Below are positions 48,701-61,895 of a stretch of 64,000 nucleotides of DNA, piece after piece (position 1 is the stretch's first letter; each line of letters begins with the position of its first letter). Under the pieces are notes generated by a model. That model was not told the DNA's origin. It ran no database searches and saw only the letters and a program-made list of their open reading frames with translations. The stretch spans positions 3,286,001 to 3,350,000 of the forward strand of contig CM126235.1 of assembly GCA_052327205.1 (NCBI GenBank), given 5' to 3'. Source of the DNA: Somniosus microcephalus. Lineage: Eukaryota. A program made the position numbers and the translations under genes.

Positions 48701-51700
48701 TTAAAAACCCCAGGATTGGAAAAGCGCACATTTTTTTTCTGTCTATTTCTCAAATAGCACAATTGCTTAAGTGGCTGTCCCAATCGAAACTAGACTGTCC
48801 AGCTCAAGAAGACTGGGGGGAGGGGGGCTGGTCATGCTGCTTGTAGGAAGAATGGAGCTGAACCCTTCCTAATCGCCAATTCCCTCCCCTGTGTACAGCC
48901 AAACCCTGGTTTTCCAAACTTAGAGACATAACGAAAGACAGTAAGGAGGCATTTAATCGAGAATTGTGTTTTCACAAGCTCCAACTGAAAATCTAATTTT
49001 GTACAAAAGAACATCTTGCACAGCATCAAAAAATCCCTTTTGTGGTTTGTGCCTTTGATATTGCGACTTGTGCACGAAACGTACTTTTACAAACCCCGCC
49101 TTAGCGCTGCAGGACAGGTATTCTTGAAAATGTGGATTATACAACAAAAGCCATGGGCACATTACTAAACCAGGATGGATGCCTTGCTCGTTTGGCAAAG
49201 AATCTGACTCTGATTGGCGTAAGTGTGTGTGGAGTGAATAGATGCTTCTTGCGTTAGAATCTCCGTGTGTGGTTTATCCAGACTCCGAGGGGAAGTTAAA
49301 AAGATGGCCTCCTTTTCCTGCCCTTCCAAAATATACTGGACATTGAGCATCCCGTTCTGAGTGTGCCTGCAGAAAGCTGCGGTCGGTGTTCCCACTTCAC
49401 TTCATTCACCTTTTCATTTCATTTTTTTAATATAACCCATCTCTTATTTAAACACAATTCCATGAAAATGAGGCTCCCTAGGTGTATTTCCCACCACTTG
49501 TGTTTGTATTTTGCTACATTCTGACTGCTGCACTTGGCTCAGTGCGCTGTCCGTTTCTGTTGGGGTGCTGGGAGAGTGGCTCGGTTTTTTGCTTGCAATG
49601 TGCCACTCGCCCCCCTGTGCTGCCTCCAGGGACTGCTGTCTGCCTACGGCAATTCACCGGTTGCAGTTGGGTACTGAAGTCACCTCTTTTACACTGCCAG
49701 GTACGCCAAAATAGCCATGTAAAACCATGGGCTGTCACCATCTACACTTCTTCCAGTTCGTTTAAACACAAGACCATCTGATAAATTTGTAAAGTTAGGC
49801 TTGAATGTTAAGCTTCCACGGTCCTTTACAAAGACCAGTGCATTTGGCATGGATTTGCCTGTTAAATGTAGTGAAATTGGAAGTGGAGCTGGTTTCTGTG
49901 GGAATGCAAGTCCAATATGTACCCTTCCCACACTGCATGAAAGGACGATTGCTGTTATACAAGCCAGATAGAAGGCACCGCTGTTCAGATAGCTATATTT
50001 TTATCATCTCTTCCCTCTTAAATTAGCTGGAACACACATCCCAGGCCACAGCCCCTGCATTGTAAATGTGCCAGTACAGCGAGGCAGTCTACCCCTTGGC
50101 CCTTTGAGTCACCATGTTCTTTACACTTTCTCAGCCCCAACCCATTTGTGTCCTTCCTACTCCACTGAACTCTGAAACCAGTTGGCATGCTGCCATCGAT
50201 CCATGGCCAGCTTGTGAAGTTCACTCCCTGAACAACTTGTTTGCCGTGCTGGTGAAAAGCTGACCTATGACTAACTGGGGGACAAGGTTACAAGCTGCAT
50301 GAATCCATCGTTTTTGGCTAAAATTAAATGATACAAAAATGAGGACAGCTGCCTCAACAGTCGTGGTTTAAATCCTTTCCAGTCTTTGGCTAAGAGTTGG
50401 ATTTTTTTTTTTTTTCCCCCGATTTTTAGATTTAGTGAAACTGTCAAAGACTGTTGATCTGTGGCGGTGTGGTTAATGCTGTAGGTCACAAATAAAGCCC
50501 ACGTGGGTTTAAAGTCATTTTAAACGTTCTTCCCTTTCCTATAGAGGAGGCTTTTTTGCAGGAGGTAAAAACTAATGGGTATGGGGGGGCTTTTGTGTGT
50601 GTTGTGTGTAGCTGGGCTGCCAGAGTACAGCCTTGGGGGTGAATCTCCCTCCCCCTTCCCTTGATATCAGGAAGTGCAGAATGTAAACACATCCTACCGC
50701 GCCGTTATATTTTTTAAGCAAAAGTAAAATTGCACTTTTTTTTTTAAAGTTAGGGTCTGAACCGATGAGACCAATTGCTATATTTTTAGTAAACTTGAAT
50801 CACTTGTCTGTCACACAGACACACTACAACTTCTACTGGACCGCTTTAAATTAAAATGCAGTTAGTCACTGTGCTAATAAATGTGGCCTTCAAGGCAGTC
50901 TGGGGCTTAAACCATGCACTGAGCATCACAAAACGCAATTCTGCAAAAGTTTCAAAATTTGCTGGCTTCATCCATTTTGTATTCAGCCAACGTAACTCGC
51001 AGTAATTTAGTGTTAAGTCATTTAAGGAATCTTCCCTCCCCACAGATTAAGTAAAATAAGATTTGGGCTTTATAAATATCCCACTTTACCACCCTCTGGT
51101 GGATTGGTCTGTTTTGGAGATTTCTCTTTTTTGGTATCGACAATTGTACAGCTGCCCAGGACATTGCCATAGCAACAGTTTCCTGTTTTAGAATAACACT
51201 TGAAATTAGAGGCTTGAACTGGGTATAGAGGGGCAGGCCCCCCTGTGAGGTTCAGCCCTGTTCCTATTCAGACATCTGTACAGCGTATGTTGCAGCCTTG
51301 TGTGTTGTGTGTCTGGTGAGCTTACGGTGCTATTGTGAGGTATGTATTGCGCAGCCTTCTGGGTAACTTGACACAAACTGAACAACCACCTACTTCAACC
51401 TGTTTCCATTCCAGACCTTATGAATGGATCATTTGTGGCAGCATTAAGGCTATTCAACTGGCCCACTAAAAGGCAGTATTCATTTGGGAACATGCAGACC
51501 CTGAACTGTGCTAAAGTAAAGCTTCTCGCAGGCCCTGATGCGAGGCTTTGTGTGTTCCAGTCTCGACCTTTTTTATTTCTTCCCGAATCTAGGAACTGGA
51601 TAAACTTCATCTCTTGCAGGGTCTTGCCCCACGTTTACATGTGGCTTAGTTCAGGGTTTCCTGATTCCTTCCACCCAGCTTGTTTCCCCCCCCCCCCCCA

Positions 51701-53700
51701 TCTTATTTGTGTATCAAACACCGTTCTAGTTTAGAAAGCTGCGCTGGGTGTAAGTTTTACAGCTTGTTTTTTAAAAAAGTTTAAACCAACCCCACGAAGG
51801 ACAGTCGGTGGGATTAAGCATTTTGATTTTTCAGGCTTTCGAATTGGCTCCCACACAGATTGGCTTTGAAATTTGTCTGGACTGGAACTGAATTCGAAGT
51901 TTATCTACTGCTAGTTATCTGCACAGCTCGGAAGGGCAAGAACACTCAATGGAATAATTGGGTGACTTGAGTTCAAATTCTGAGCTCCAGCTAAATGAAT
52001 TGGGGCTGAGATGAGGGGGGTGGGGGGGGGGGGGTGCTGCGGTGGTTACACACTTGCTCTAGAAACCTGTGCAGAAGTACCTGGCCAATTTCCATCAAAA
52101 ATGAAGGAGAAAGGGCTGCCTGTTTTTTTTCCTTGGTGTGATAGGGACGTGAGCCTCCGTGTCTATCAGTGAAGTACGGAGTAAGTAACGCAGGGTGGCT
52201 GGGTAACTCGGGCACAAGCTCTTTTTAGGAACTTGCTAAGGTCTGGAATGGATCAAACCGGATTGAGATCTAAACCAAAGTCATTTAAAGTTCATTGTGT
52301 TTGAAGGTTCACCCCCCCCCCCCTTTTTACAAGCTACGATACATGTTTAAAACACAAGTTAAGTAACCCTTTTTTTTTCTATTACACAATTATTATTTTT
52401 AAAAGCCTTTGCAGCAGGTTTGCTTCCTCGTGTAAAAGGGGAGTTGTACTTCTCGAGACAGAATTGGAGGGTGGGGGGGGGGGGCGGGAGGGTTTGAAGT
52501 ATCAAAGAATAGAGGAATGTTGAAGCATTGTTGGAGCTGGTGTTGAAAAGTTTTAAGTCTGTAGCAGCTGGGTTTTTGCTGCCAGGCCCGGGGGGGGGGG
52601 GGAGGGGGATTAATAGCCAAACTTCGGAATAGGCCTGTTCCTTTAAATATTTTGCTTTTTCAAGGCCGGAGCGCACTCATTCCTGGTTTCTGAAGTTTCA
52701 CTTCTTCTTTCTGTTTAGCACCTTGGCAATTAAACGTGCTGGAACACATCCATCTCTGGGAGCACGTTGACTAACTGTGGGGCCCCTCATTCCTCCCTCG
52801 CACCCACCTGGGGAATGGTTCCAAGGCTGTTTAGTTTTGGGATAGCTGTTAAATGTACCTCACACACACGACCAGTCCTGGCATCACCTGGACACAACCC
52901 AATGGAGGCCTGACTTAGTTACTTGTTTATATTGAGCGGTTGGGAAGCATCAACTAGTTGTGTTGCCACCTGCACCCCACCCAGTGTGGTGCCGAGCCCT
53001 GCAGCTCTGAAAGGTCCCGGGTTTGATATCTGGGCTGCGCTGATCTGCACAGGCTGGCGGTAATCGATCCTGGAGCCAAGCAGCAGGGGGTGGAAGTCCT
53101 GACCGGTTTCCCCACACTCGAGAGCAATCCATTCCCCCCGCTGCAGGAAAGTACACGTGTGTGGACGTTGGGTGAGAATGGGGTGAGGCCTGGCTGTGCC
53201 ACCCACCACATTCAACCGACTTGCTGCCTCGGTTTTCTGACGGGCAGTCACACCGCATTAATTGGCTCGTCAGAGAGGCGAGGAAGGAAACGGCACTGCA
53301 CCATTCCAGGGTCTTGTGAGGGTGGGGGGGATCAGGTGTCGAGGGCTTTCAGGCAGCTACACTGTGGGAGAAATGGGATTCCGATTCCAAAGGCCCCTCT
53401 GTGGAATGAGGTTTATTTGTACTCCTCACACCTATTCACTCTGGTAAAAACACTCCTAACTCGTGTGATTTAAAAGCCACAGTAACAAGTTGGGATTTCT
53501 TTCTCCTTTCCTTTTGATTCCAGAATTTGACCCAACCCGTATCCATTTGCCAACCTTCAAAAGAAATTCCCCCTCCCCAGAGTGAAGCTGCTAAAGAAAC
53601 CAGGAATCTCTGCTCCGGTGTAAAGTTAGGACATCCCTTTGTGTTCTGTCTGACGCCAGGAAAATAATTTTCTTACTAAACAATAAATATCCAAAAGTGC
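45726..53700 (+). other. SAMD4B: Putative long 3' UTR of SAMD4B (3' end uncertain)
   Basis: Follows the stop codon; about 7 kb free of the SINE/LINE copies that are dense elsewhere; U-rich tracts; AATAAA at 47187, 50491, 50876 and 53682. Confidence 0.6.
47328..47358 (+). promoter_or_regulatory. Smaug recognition element (SRE)-like hairpin
   Basis: GCUC(U)UGGU-[CCGGU]-ACCAGAGC: 8 Watson-Crick pairs with one bulge and a CNGGN pentaloop, extended by CAG/CUG. Confidence 0.6.
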
Positions 53701-54789
53701 TTAAAAGTTGGAACTCTTTTTTTTTCCTGGATTGTTCTATTTCATGTTCCTGAAAGTTGCTGTTTATTACAGAAAGCACCGCGGTAGCGTTGGTCAGCTT
53801 TGAGCCCAAGCTGAATTTCAGGTGATTGCTGGTTTCTGATCCAGTGCAAAAATACCTCCCCCCCCCCCCCCTCCCCTGCACCCTCCCTCCTCCGCTTCTA
53901 CCCTTCTTGAGGCCACATTGAGCACGGAGCGAAGCTGATATTGGTGCACTGGGCAGGGAAGGGTGGGGGGCAGACACACACTTGGGTGTCTGAAGATTCG
54001 TAAACCTTCAAGGGGTTTGCCGGGCACATTGTTTATATAAAAGTGAAACTGCAAGGGAAACATTAAAGGCGCTATATAAATGCAAGTTGTTGAAATTGGC
54101 GACAGATTTGTGCAGAAATATTTAACTATTGTGGGACTAGGTACACATCGCAGCATCGAGAGGAGTCAAAACCTACAGAATGAGTGTGTTTCTTTTAAAA
54201 TGAGTTACTATAAGAAGCTTTTTAAAATATTAAGTGGAAAGTGTGGCTTATTGTATGTAATGGGTATCCGACAACTGAAAGGGATGTGGCACCCACTGTT
54301 CAGCAATTCTGGAATCTTTAGGCTCGTTTTGCGTTAGCCTTGTATCGGGATGTTTAATTCCCATTCCATATGTTTCCCTCGACACTAAAAGTTATTCTGT
54401 GTGAATTATCACATCTAACTTAAGTTATTTAACACTCCTACAGTGAATTTGCTTTTTAAAATGGTTGTGATGGGAGTGTTAAAGCATCTCTACAGCAATG
54501 CTCCATCTCTCTAATGTCACAAATACTTATGGGAGGGGTTCCTTTGAAAGTGAGCATCCTGGAACCTCTTACACCTCTCATAAATACGGACCTCCAAACC
54601 CAATCAACGCTTCTAGTAACACAAATTTTCCACCTGATCTGTACCCTAATTTGATGTGGGAATTTCCCCCTCATCTGACCCCAGCTTGTGGCCCCCTCAG
54701 AGGCTCAGAAGGTAAATGAAGTGCCAAAGTGTGGTACTGGGCCATACAGAGCAGTACAGCCCAACCTGCTGACTGGGGTGGCACTATGT

Positions 54790-54915
54790 GTTACCACACA
54801 GACTGCAGCGGTTCAAGAAGGTGGCTCACTACCATCTTCTCGAGCAATTCAGGATGGGCAATAAATGTTGGCCTTGCCAGTGATGCCCACAACCCACGAA
54901 CGAATATTTTTTTTT
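54790..54915 (+). mobile_element. Non-LTR retrotransposon 3' end fragment
   Basis: gactgcagcggttcaagaagg...gatgggcaataaatgttggccttgccag; recalled as a recurrent elasmobranch LINE tail. Confidence 0.5.
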
Positions 54916-55405
54916 AATTAGAAACCATGAAATGCCACCAGTGCAACTTTGGTGCTGAGTTTTTTGCTCTCCGCCTGGCTGACCGTATGGGCTATAGTTG
55001 ACCTCGCCACCCCGAGTTCGGAAGGGTAAAGTCGCGGGGCTTCCTGCTCCTGATCTCTATCCAGGGGTCTTGTCAGAGTGTGCTTTTATATGAACACCAA
55101 GTGGGAAATGGATTGGGCTTGACTGTGTTGTGCCCTCAGTCAAATAGCCTGTCAACACTCCTTGTCTAGACTCTGAGACTGACCACTTGAGTGAGGTACT
55201 GGAGGGCAGCCAGTGAGTACAGTTCCACAGGCAATCAAGACTTGGAGGCCTTAAGAAGACTAGGTGGATGAATTTTAGTAGATAACCAACTTCTGACTGA
55301 ATAGCAGTAACAAACTCCAGGGACAGGAGGAGGGTGAGTAACCACATTAGCAGCCACTGCAGCACTCTGCTTTACCTGGTGGAATAAACAGGTTGCTTCA
55401 GTTAA

Positions 55406-55870
55406 AGCCATGGCTCAGTGGGTACCACTCGCTTCCGAGTCAGATGGTTGTGGGTTCAAATCCCACTCCAGAGATTTGAGCACAAAAATCTAGGCTGACA
55501 ATCTAGTACAGTGCTGAGGGAGTGCTGCAGTGTTGGAGATGCCGTCTTTCGGATGAGATGTTAAACCGAGACCCTGTCTGCCCCCTCAGGTGGACGTAAA
55601 AGATGCCAGGGCATTATTTTGAAGAAGAGCAGGAGAGTTCTCCCCGGTGTCCTGAGGCCAATATTTATCCCTCAATCAGCATCACTAAAAACAGATCATC
55701 TGGTCACTATCACTTTGCTGTTTGTGGGAGCTTGCTGTGTGCAAATTGACTGCTGCGTTTCCCACATTACAACAGTGACTACACTTCAAAAAGTACTTCA
55801 TTGGCTGTAAAGCGCTTTGGGACGTCCGGTGGTCGTGAAAGGCGCTATAGAAATGCAAGTCGTCCTTCTT
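55406..55870 (+). mobile_element. Full-length DeuSINE
   Basis: A and B boxes, Deu domain, tail. Confidence 0.9.
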
Positions 55871-56461
55871 CAAAGGCTCTTTTCCATTTCAAGACTGCTA
55901 CCAGCCTCCGAGACTCTGCTCCCTTGCCGCTGATCACAGCGAGTCTCCAAGTGGTTGACTTGCTCTGGTTGCAGTGGGGGGGGACCCTTTTTTTTTGTGG
56001 GTCTCTAGAGCTGCAGTCGGACTCTGGATTTGCTTCTACCTGAGCAGGAACTGTGCCATGTGTAATTGTAAAGGGAGGGGGGGGGGGGGGAGAGCACGGA
56101 GTTTGGAGGATGGAATAGCGCTGGAGTGAGTGAAGAAATGTTTACTGGGCAAGAAAAAAACACACTTTTTGTTGATCCTGGTTCTGTAAAAATCTGAACA
56201 GCCAGATGTGGAATGTGTGTTGCCTTGTGAAAGGCCAGTGTAATACGAGACTGGAAAATACTTCAGCAGTAACCTTTTGTTCTGCCAAGAGAAAATTCCT
56301 GTGGTGATTGAAAACGGCTGCTTAATAGGTTTGTTTTATTTTAAATATTTATCCTTCATATCATACATAAGACCATAAGGAAAGTGACACGCCTTGAAAT
56401 ATTTATCCCAACAGACTGGAACGGCTGGAATATTTGCACTACCCAAATTGTGGAACCTCTC

Positions 56462-56950
56462 AAAGAAAGACTTGCATTTCTATAGCGCCTTTCACAACCA
56501 CCAGACGTCCCAAAGCGCTTTACAGCCAATGAAGTACTTTTTGAAGTGTAGTCACTGTTGTAATGTAGGAAACGCGGCAGCCAATTTGCGCACAGCAAGC
56601 TCCCACAAACAGCAATGTGATAATGACCAGATAATCTGTTTTTAGTGATGATGATTGAGGGATAAATCCCTGCTCCTCTTCGAAATAGTGCCCTGGAATC
56701 TTTTGCGTCCACCTGAGGGAGCAGGCAGGGCCTCGGTTTAACATCTCATCCGAAAGATGGCACTTCGACAGTGCAGCACTCCCTCAGTACTGCCCCCTCC
56801 TACAGTGCAGCTCCCTCAGCACTGCCCCTCTGACAGTGCAGTGCTGCACTGCACTATCAGCCTAGATTTTGCACTCCAGTCTCTGGAGTGGGACTTGAAC
56901 CCACAACCTTCTGACTCAGGCGAGGGTACTACCCACTGGGCCACAGCTGA
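56462..56950 (-). mobile_element. DeuSINE with incipient internal tandem repeat
   Basis: A and B boxes, Deu domain; ctccctcagYactgcccctc repeated at 56770-56845. Confidence 0.88.
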
Positions 56951-57975
56951 TACTAGGCAGGTTTCTGATACCTTCTGGTATTCACGGAGATGATAGTGAC
57001 ACCTTTCATATCTACTCCCTACTGACTGGTGTCTAGTTAGCAGATTGTGGGATCATCCTCTCTACTCGGTTCTTTCATCTTCAGTTTTAATCCCAGATCT
57101 TGTGTTTGTCAATATTTGTGTTTAAATTATGTTCGAGTATTAATATGCAGTCTTTTAACCCAAGAAATAGCAGGGTTTGCTGAACGGAAAACACTATTAC
57201 AAGTTTAAACCGTGACAGTACGACAAGAGGACACCGGTTCAAACAGGAGGTTGTGTGTGCAAACACGTTTTTGGGGGTGGGGGGGTCTCCCCGAGAGGGC
57301 AGCAGAAGCAAAAGCATGCGAGTCATGTAACCAGCTGGATGCTGTGGTTGGAGTGGGAACGTGGGCTGATGAGTGACGCATTGTAGAGACTGGACAGCAT
57401 CATCTTATGGGTGACTCTTTTAAGTTGGAATGTCAAAAATTAAATTCAAAAACCAAAATTTCCCAAAAAAATGTTCCAGGGAAAAAGAGGATGGTGATGA
57501 AGTGTCGAAGGAGGGCAGGAATATGTGGAATGTGACTCGGTGCAAGAGAAAAGGCCACCAATTACTGGACGTTATTTCCCTTCAAACTCTGTAGTTTTCA
57601 TGTCGAGGGTTACACCGACAGGATCACGAAAGAGAGAGATGCAGTTGCATTTTTATTAACAAACCCCACTGAAGCGCTGCTAGCAGTTACTATTGTAAGG
57701 TGTTTCCTGTATCCAAGCTCTGAACTCCTGTTAAGAGGGGAATTGTAATAAGGTTGCACTTGAGAGGCAAGTCTGGGGTGGGAACATGGCCTGATGAGTG
57801 ATGTCATTCATGAAAGTGTTTACAATAAGTTACCGTCTGGTTGCACCGTGCCCGGGAATATCATTCCATGGGTCCTCCGTTGCTGATTTAAGCTGGGGCA
57901 GAAAAGGAGCATTACAATTGAACTAGAAAAGTCCAAACTCAGCCAGGATCCCTGCTGCTGGCTACCATGCAGTGA

Positions 57976-58331
57976 ATAAGAATTAGGAGCAGGAGTTAGC
58001 CATAAGGCCCTTCGAGCCCGCTCTGCCATTCAGTATCATGGCTGATCTTCCACCTCAACTCCACTTTCCTGCACGATCCCCATATCCCTTGATTCCCCTA
58101 GAGCCCAAAAATCTATCTCTCTCTGCCTTGAATATACTCAACGATTCAGCATCCACAGCTCTCTGGGGTAGAGAATGCTAAAGATTCACAACCCTCTGAG
58201 TGAAGAAATTCCTCATCTCAGTCCTAAATGGCCGACCCCTTATCCTGAGACTGTGACCCCTGGTTCTAGACACTCCAGCCAGGGGGAAACAACCTCTCAG
58301 CATCTACCCTGTCAATCCCCCTCAGAATCTC
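57976..58331 (-). mobile_element. CR1 3' fragment
   Basis: aggagcaggag...ccatatcccttgattcc...gtgaagaaattcctcatctcagtcctaaatgg. Confidence 0.85.
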
Positions 58332-60234
58332 ATGTCTCAAATTGTACTAGAAAGTGCGTGTGGACATTAAGTTGGAAATGGAATTGAGTTCAGCTTTATT
58401 TCCCTATTGATAAATTACCCATTGAAGAGTAGCCTCTTGGTTGAGGTACGGGAGGGCAGACTGTGCCTGTGGACCTGCACCCCAACAATGGTGATTGGTT
58501 TCATTACCTAGTTCCCTCTACACCTTCCTTTCCTCTCTCCCATCCAAACTGGCTGCTTCTAATAGATTGTAAACCCCTATCAATCTCGAGGGTGGAGCTG
58601 GCTAATAATGTTTAGCTAATAGCAAAGCTGCAAGTTGTACTGTGAGCAAGTCAGAAGGCGCTAGCCAGGCCGACTCAGATTTGCTGCTGCTTGATGGATT
58701 ATTCGGAGGACGTGGTGGGGGGGTCTGTGAACAAATCAGTAAATGATCTTGGAATAAAACAGTCTGATGTAACCAGGAATTTTAATTTTGCCTTCCACCC
58801 CACCCACCACTAACTCCCCCGGGAGAAGGAGCAGATATTTGGATCTGGTTTCCCTGCATTCTCCTCATTGTTAAGTGATTCATTCTTTTTATACTAAAAA
58901 AAAATCCCAATGGGATTTGAATTGATTTCAGTGAAGAAAAAGTTGAGGCATGAGCTGGGGAAAGTAACTGGAAGGTCCCTTCCTTGGGTATTAAACTAAT
59001 TGGGGGAAGGCCCTAGTGAACGCAGGGGGGGGGGGGGCGGTGGGGGGGAAGGCCCCAATGAATGGGGGTGGGGGGGATTGGGGGAAGGCCCCAGTGAATG
59101 GGGGGGGATTCCAAAATTGTATATTCAAAAGAAATTGAAGAACCTAATTTTTTTTTTAAAGAGGGCTGTTACTAAAGACAATTTAACTTAGATTGCTGTT
59201 CAACTTCAAGCCACTGGATGCTGGTCACTCCAATGTGCCGGTCAATAATTCTGAACAAGGTTGGTAGGTGGAGCACTTCTCAAGAAAGGCATAGGTACCA
59301 TCTGTTACGGGGTGTTTTTTGTCTTGAGATGGGGTTTCCTGACCACTATCCAGTGCTACTGCTGCTGGGTGTGGACTGGATCAGGTTCGGAGAAATTTCT
59401 TTAGCCCCCTCCCCACCACCCACCTTTTAACGGTGGAATGGCCTTCTGTGCTGTGTGATTCTATGTTGCTAGTTGCCATGTAGGCTGACCATGTGGAAAT
59501 GGCGACAAGGGCAGGGGTATGAGAGGGGGGCCAAGCAGTTCATGCAGCCAAAGTCAGCACCTTCAGAAAAGGAGGGAAGCAAAGAGACAATGAGAGATTC
59601 CAATGTCCCACCACCCATCAATGGTGCCCAGTACTCGGACTGCACTGGCAGCAGTTGCAAGTGGGATGCCCCACATCCTGGGGGCAGCAATGGGAGAGAA
59701 ATAATGGAGACAAGAGGAGAGGGATAGAAGTGTAAGAAACTTGACCCCCTATTGAATATACAGCACAGAATCAGGCCATTTGGCCCAACTGGTCCATGCT
59801 AGTGTTTCTGCTCCACACCAGCCTCCTCCCACCCCCTCTTCATCTCACCCTATCAGCATAACCTTCCAAACCCATGGGTTGTTAAATAAGCTGCAAAGGC
59901 TGTTCTGGAGAGCATTTACGACACTGCAGTAACTGCTTATTTCCTTTTGTTAGTTGGAGAACCCTCTTCGAAATGACATTAAATTATTAGGCATTTATTA
60001 CCGGGAAACTTTAGCTATGGCTGGTCGTCATAAATACATCTCAACGTATAAATATATATTAAAACATTCTTTAGTTTGCATTATTGTTCCTTTGCTTTAC
60101 AAAGGCAAATTACTATTTTTTTTTAAAGTAACTCTTTTTTCCCCATAGTCACACTTTTTATTTTGCAAGTTCTTTTTAACTTTATTGTCTTTTTTTAATA
60201 CTTAAACTGCCACAGAGTTGTTTCAGTTTAGTTC

Positions 60235-60240
60235 AATAAA
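60235..60240 (+). terminator. Candidate polyadenylation signal
   Basis: AATAAA preceded by about 150 nt of U-rich sequence and followed by a U/GU-rich tract (ttatgctttgttttctct). Confidence 0.5.
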
Positions 60241-61145
60241 AGTTGTGGTAGATCCCAATTCTCTTGTTAATTATGCTTTGTTTTCTCTAAGGATTTTTAG
60301 ATTTAATATATCTGCGCACTAGACACTTCGAAAGAACATGTTAATTTTTGCCTGCCCCAGATTAAACATAATTTTTGCACCTCTGACATTATGCGACTGT
60401 TTCATCTTTAATTGCAAAGCACCCACTCGACTGGAAGCTGCTACTGAAGAGCCAGGTGAGTGAAGAATCTTATTCGAGAATTTCAACCCCAAGCAGTGAT
60501 TGTAATTATCTGTGGACTGTCCCTTTTTAAGGCCACTGGGCAGTGTCTGCTGTGGGGAAAGTGGCCTGAATAGGTTCTGAGTTCAATCAGGAATCTATAA
60601 CCATTAAAGAGTAAAGTTAGTATTGCTCTTGGAGTTAGCTGGGAAAAGCTTTATTACATCGCAGAAGCTTTGCGGAACACCTCCGTTCACTCCGTAAGCG
60701 TGACCCCGAGTTTCTGGGCACCTGTCACTTTAATTCTCCGCTCCACTCCCACTCTGATCTCTCAGCCTCTTGCACTGTTCCAATGAAACTCAACGTAAGC
60801 TCGAGGAACAGCACCTCATCTGTCGATTAGGCACTTTACAGCCTTCTGGACTCAACATAGAGTGCAAATATTTCAGACCATAACCTCTGCCCCTATTTTT
60901 TTTTTTCTCACATGGTAGTTGTTGATCATTCTGCCATTGCCATTTAGACCTCATCTAGAGTCATCTTCTGTTTCTTAACTTGTCCCATTACCATCTCCTT
61001 TTGCCTTGCACCATCATCCCTTTTGTCTCTTAATCTCTCCTGCCTTCCACCCTATCACAGACCTTCCCTTTTGTTCTTTCCTCCCCTTCGCCCTCTCTTT
61101 ACTCCTACCCTTGCTTCAAAACCTATTACATCTCTAACTTTCTCC

Positions 61146-61182
61146 AGTTCTGACGAAGGGTCATCAACCTGAAACGTTAACT
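61146..61182 (+). ncRNA. Minimal type I hammerhead ribozyme motif (Penelope)
   Basis: AGUU-CUGACGA-AGG...CCU-GAAA-CG-U-U-AACU. Confidence 0.72.
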
Positions 61183-61236
61183 TTTTCTCTCTACAAATGC
61201 TGCCTGACCTGAGTATTTCCAGCATTTTCTGTTTTA

Positions 61237-61895
61237 CATAGAAACATAGGAGCAGGAGTAAGCCATTCGGCCTCTCGAGCCTGCTCCACCATTCAATGAG
61301 ATCATGGCTGATCATCCAAATTCAGTACCCTGTCCCTGCTTTCTCCCCATAGCCCTTGATCCCTTTAGCCTTAAGAAATATATCCAACTCTTCTTTGAAT
61401 ATATTTAATGAACTGGCCTCCACCGCCCTCTGTGGCAGAGAATTCCACAGGTTCACCACTCTCTGGGTGAAGAAATTCCTCCTCATTTCAGTCCTAAATG
61501 GCCTACCCCTTATCCTTAGACTATGACCCCTGGTTCTGGACTCCCCGGCCATCATAAACATCCTTCCTGCATCTAGTCTGTCCAGGCCTGACAGAATTTT
61601 ATAGGTTTCGATGAGATCCCCTCTCAATCTTCTAAGCTCCAGTGAGTATAAGCCCAATCGACACAATCTCTCCTCATATGTCATTCCTGCCATCCCAGGT
61701 ATCAGCCTGGTGAATCTTCGCTGCACTCCTTCCATGGCAAGAACGTCCTTCCTCAGGTAAGGCGACCAAAACTGCACACAATACTCGAGGTGCGGTCTCA
61801 CCAAGGCCCTGTACAACTGCAGCAGGACATCCTTGTTCCTGTACTCCAACCCTCTTGCTATGAAGGCCAACATACCATTTGCCTTCTTAACCGCC
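61237..61895 (-). mobile_element. Young CR1 3' fragment
   Basis: Intact 183 aa ORF2 C-terminus, nearly identical to 18299-18886. Confidence 0.92.

Noticed and set aside
57785-57825. CTGATGA...GAAA hammerhead-like core with a 4-bp stem II
   Set aside because: No stem I can be formed in type I or type III topology.
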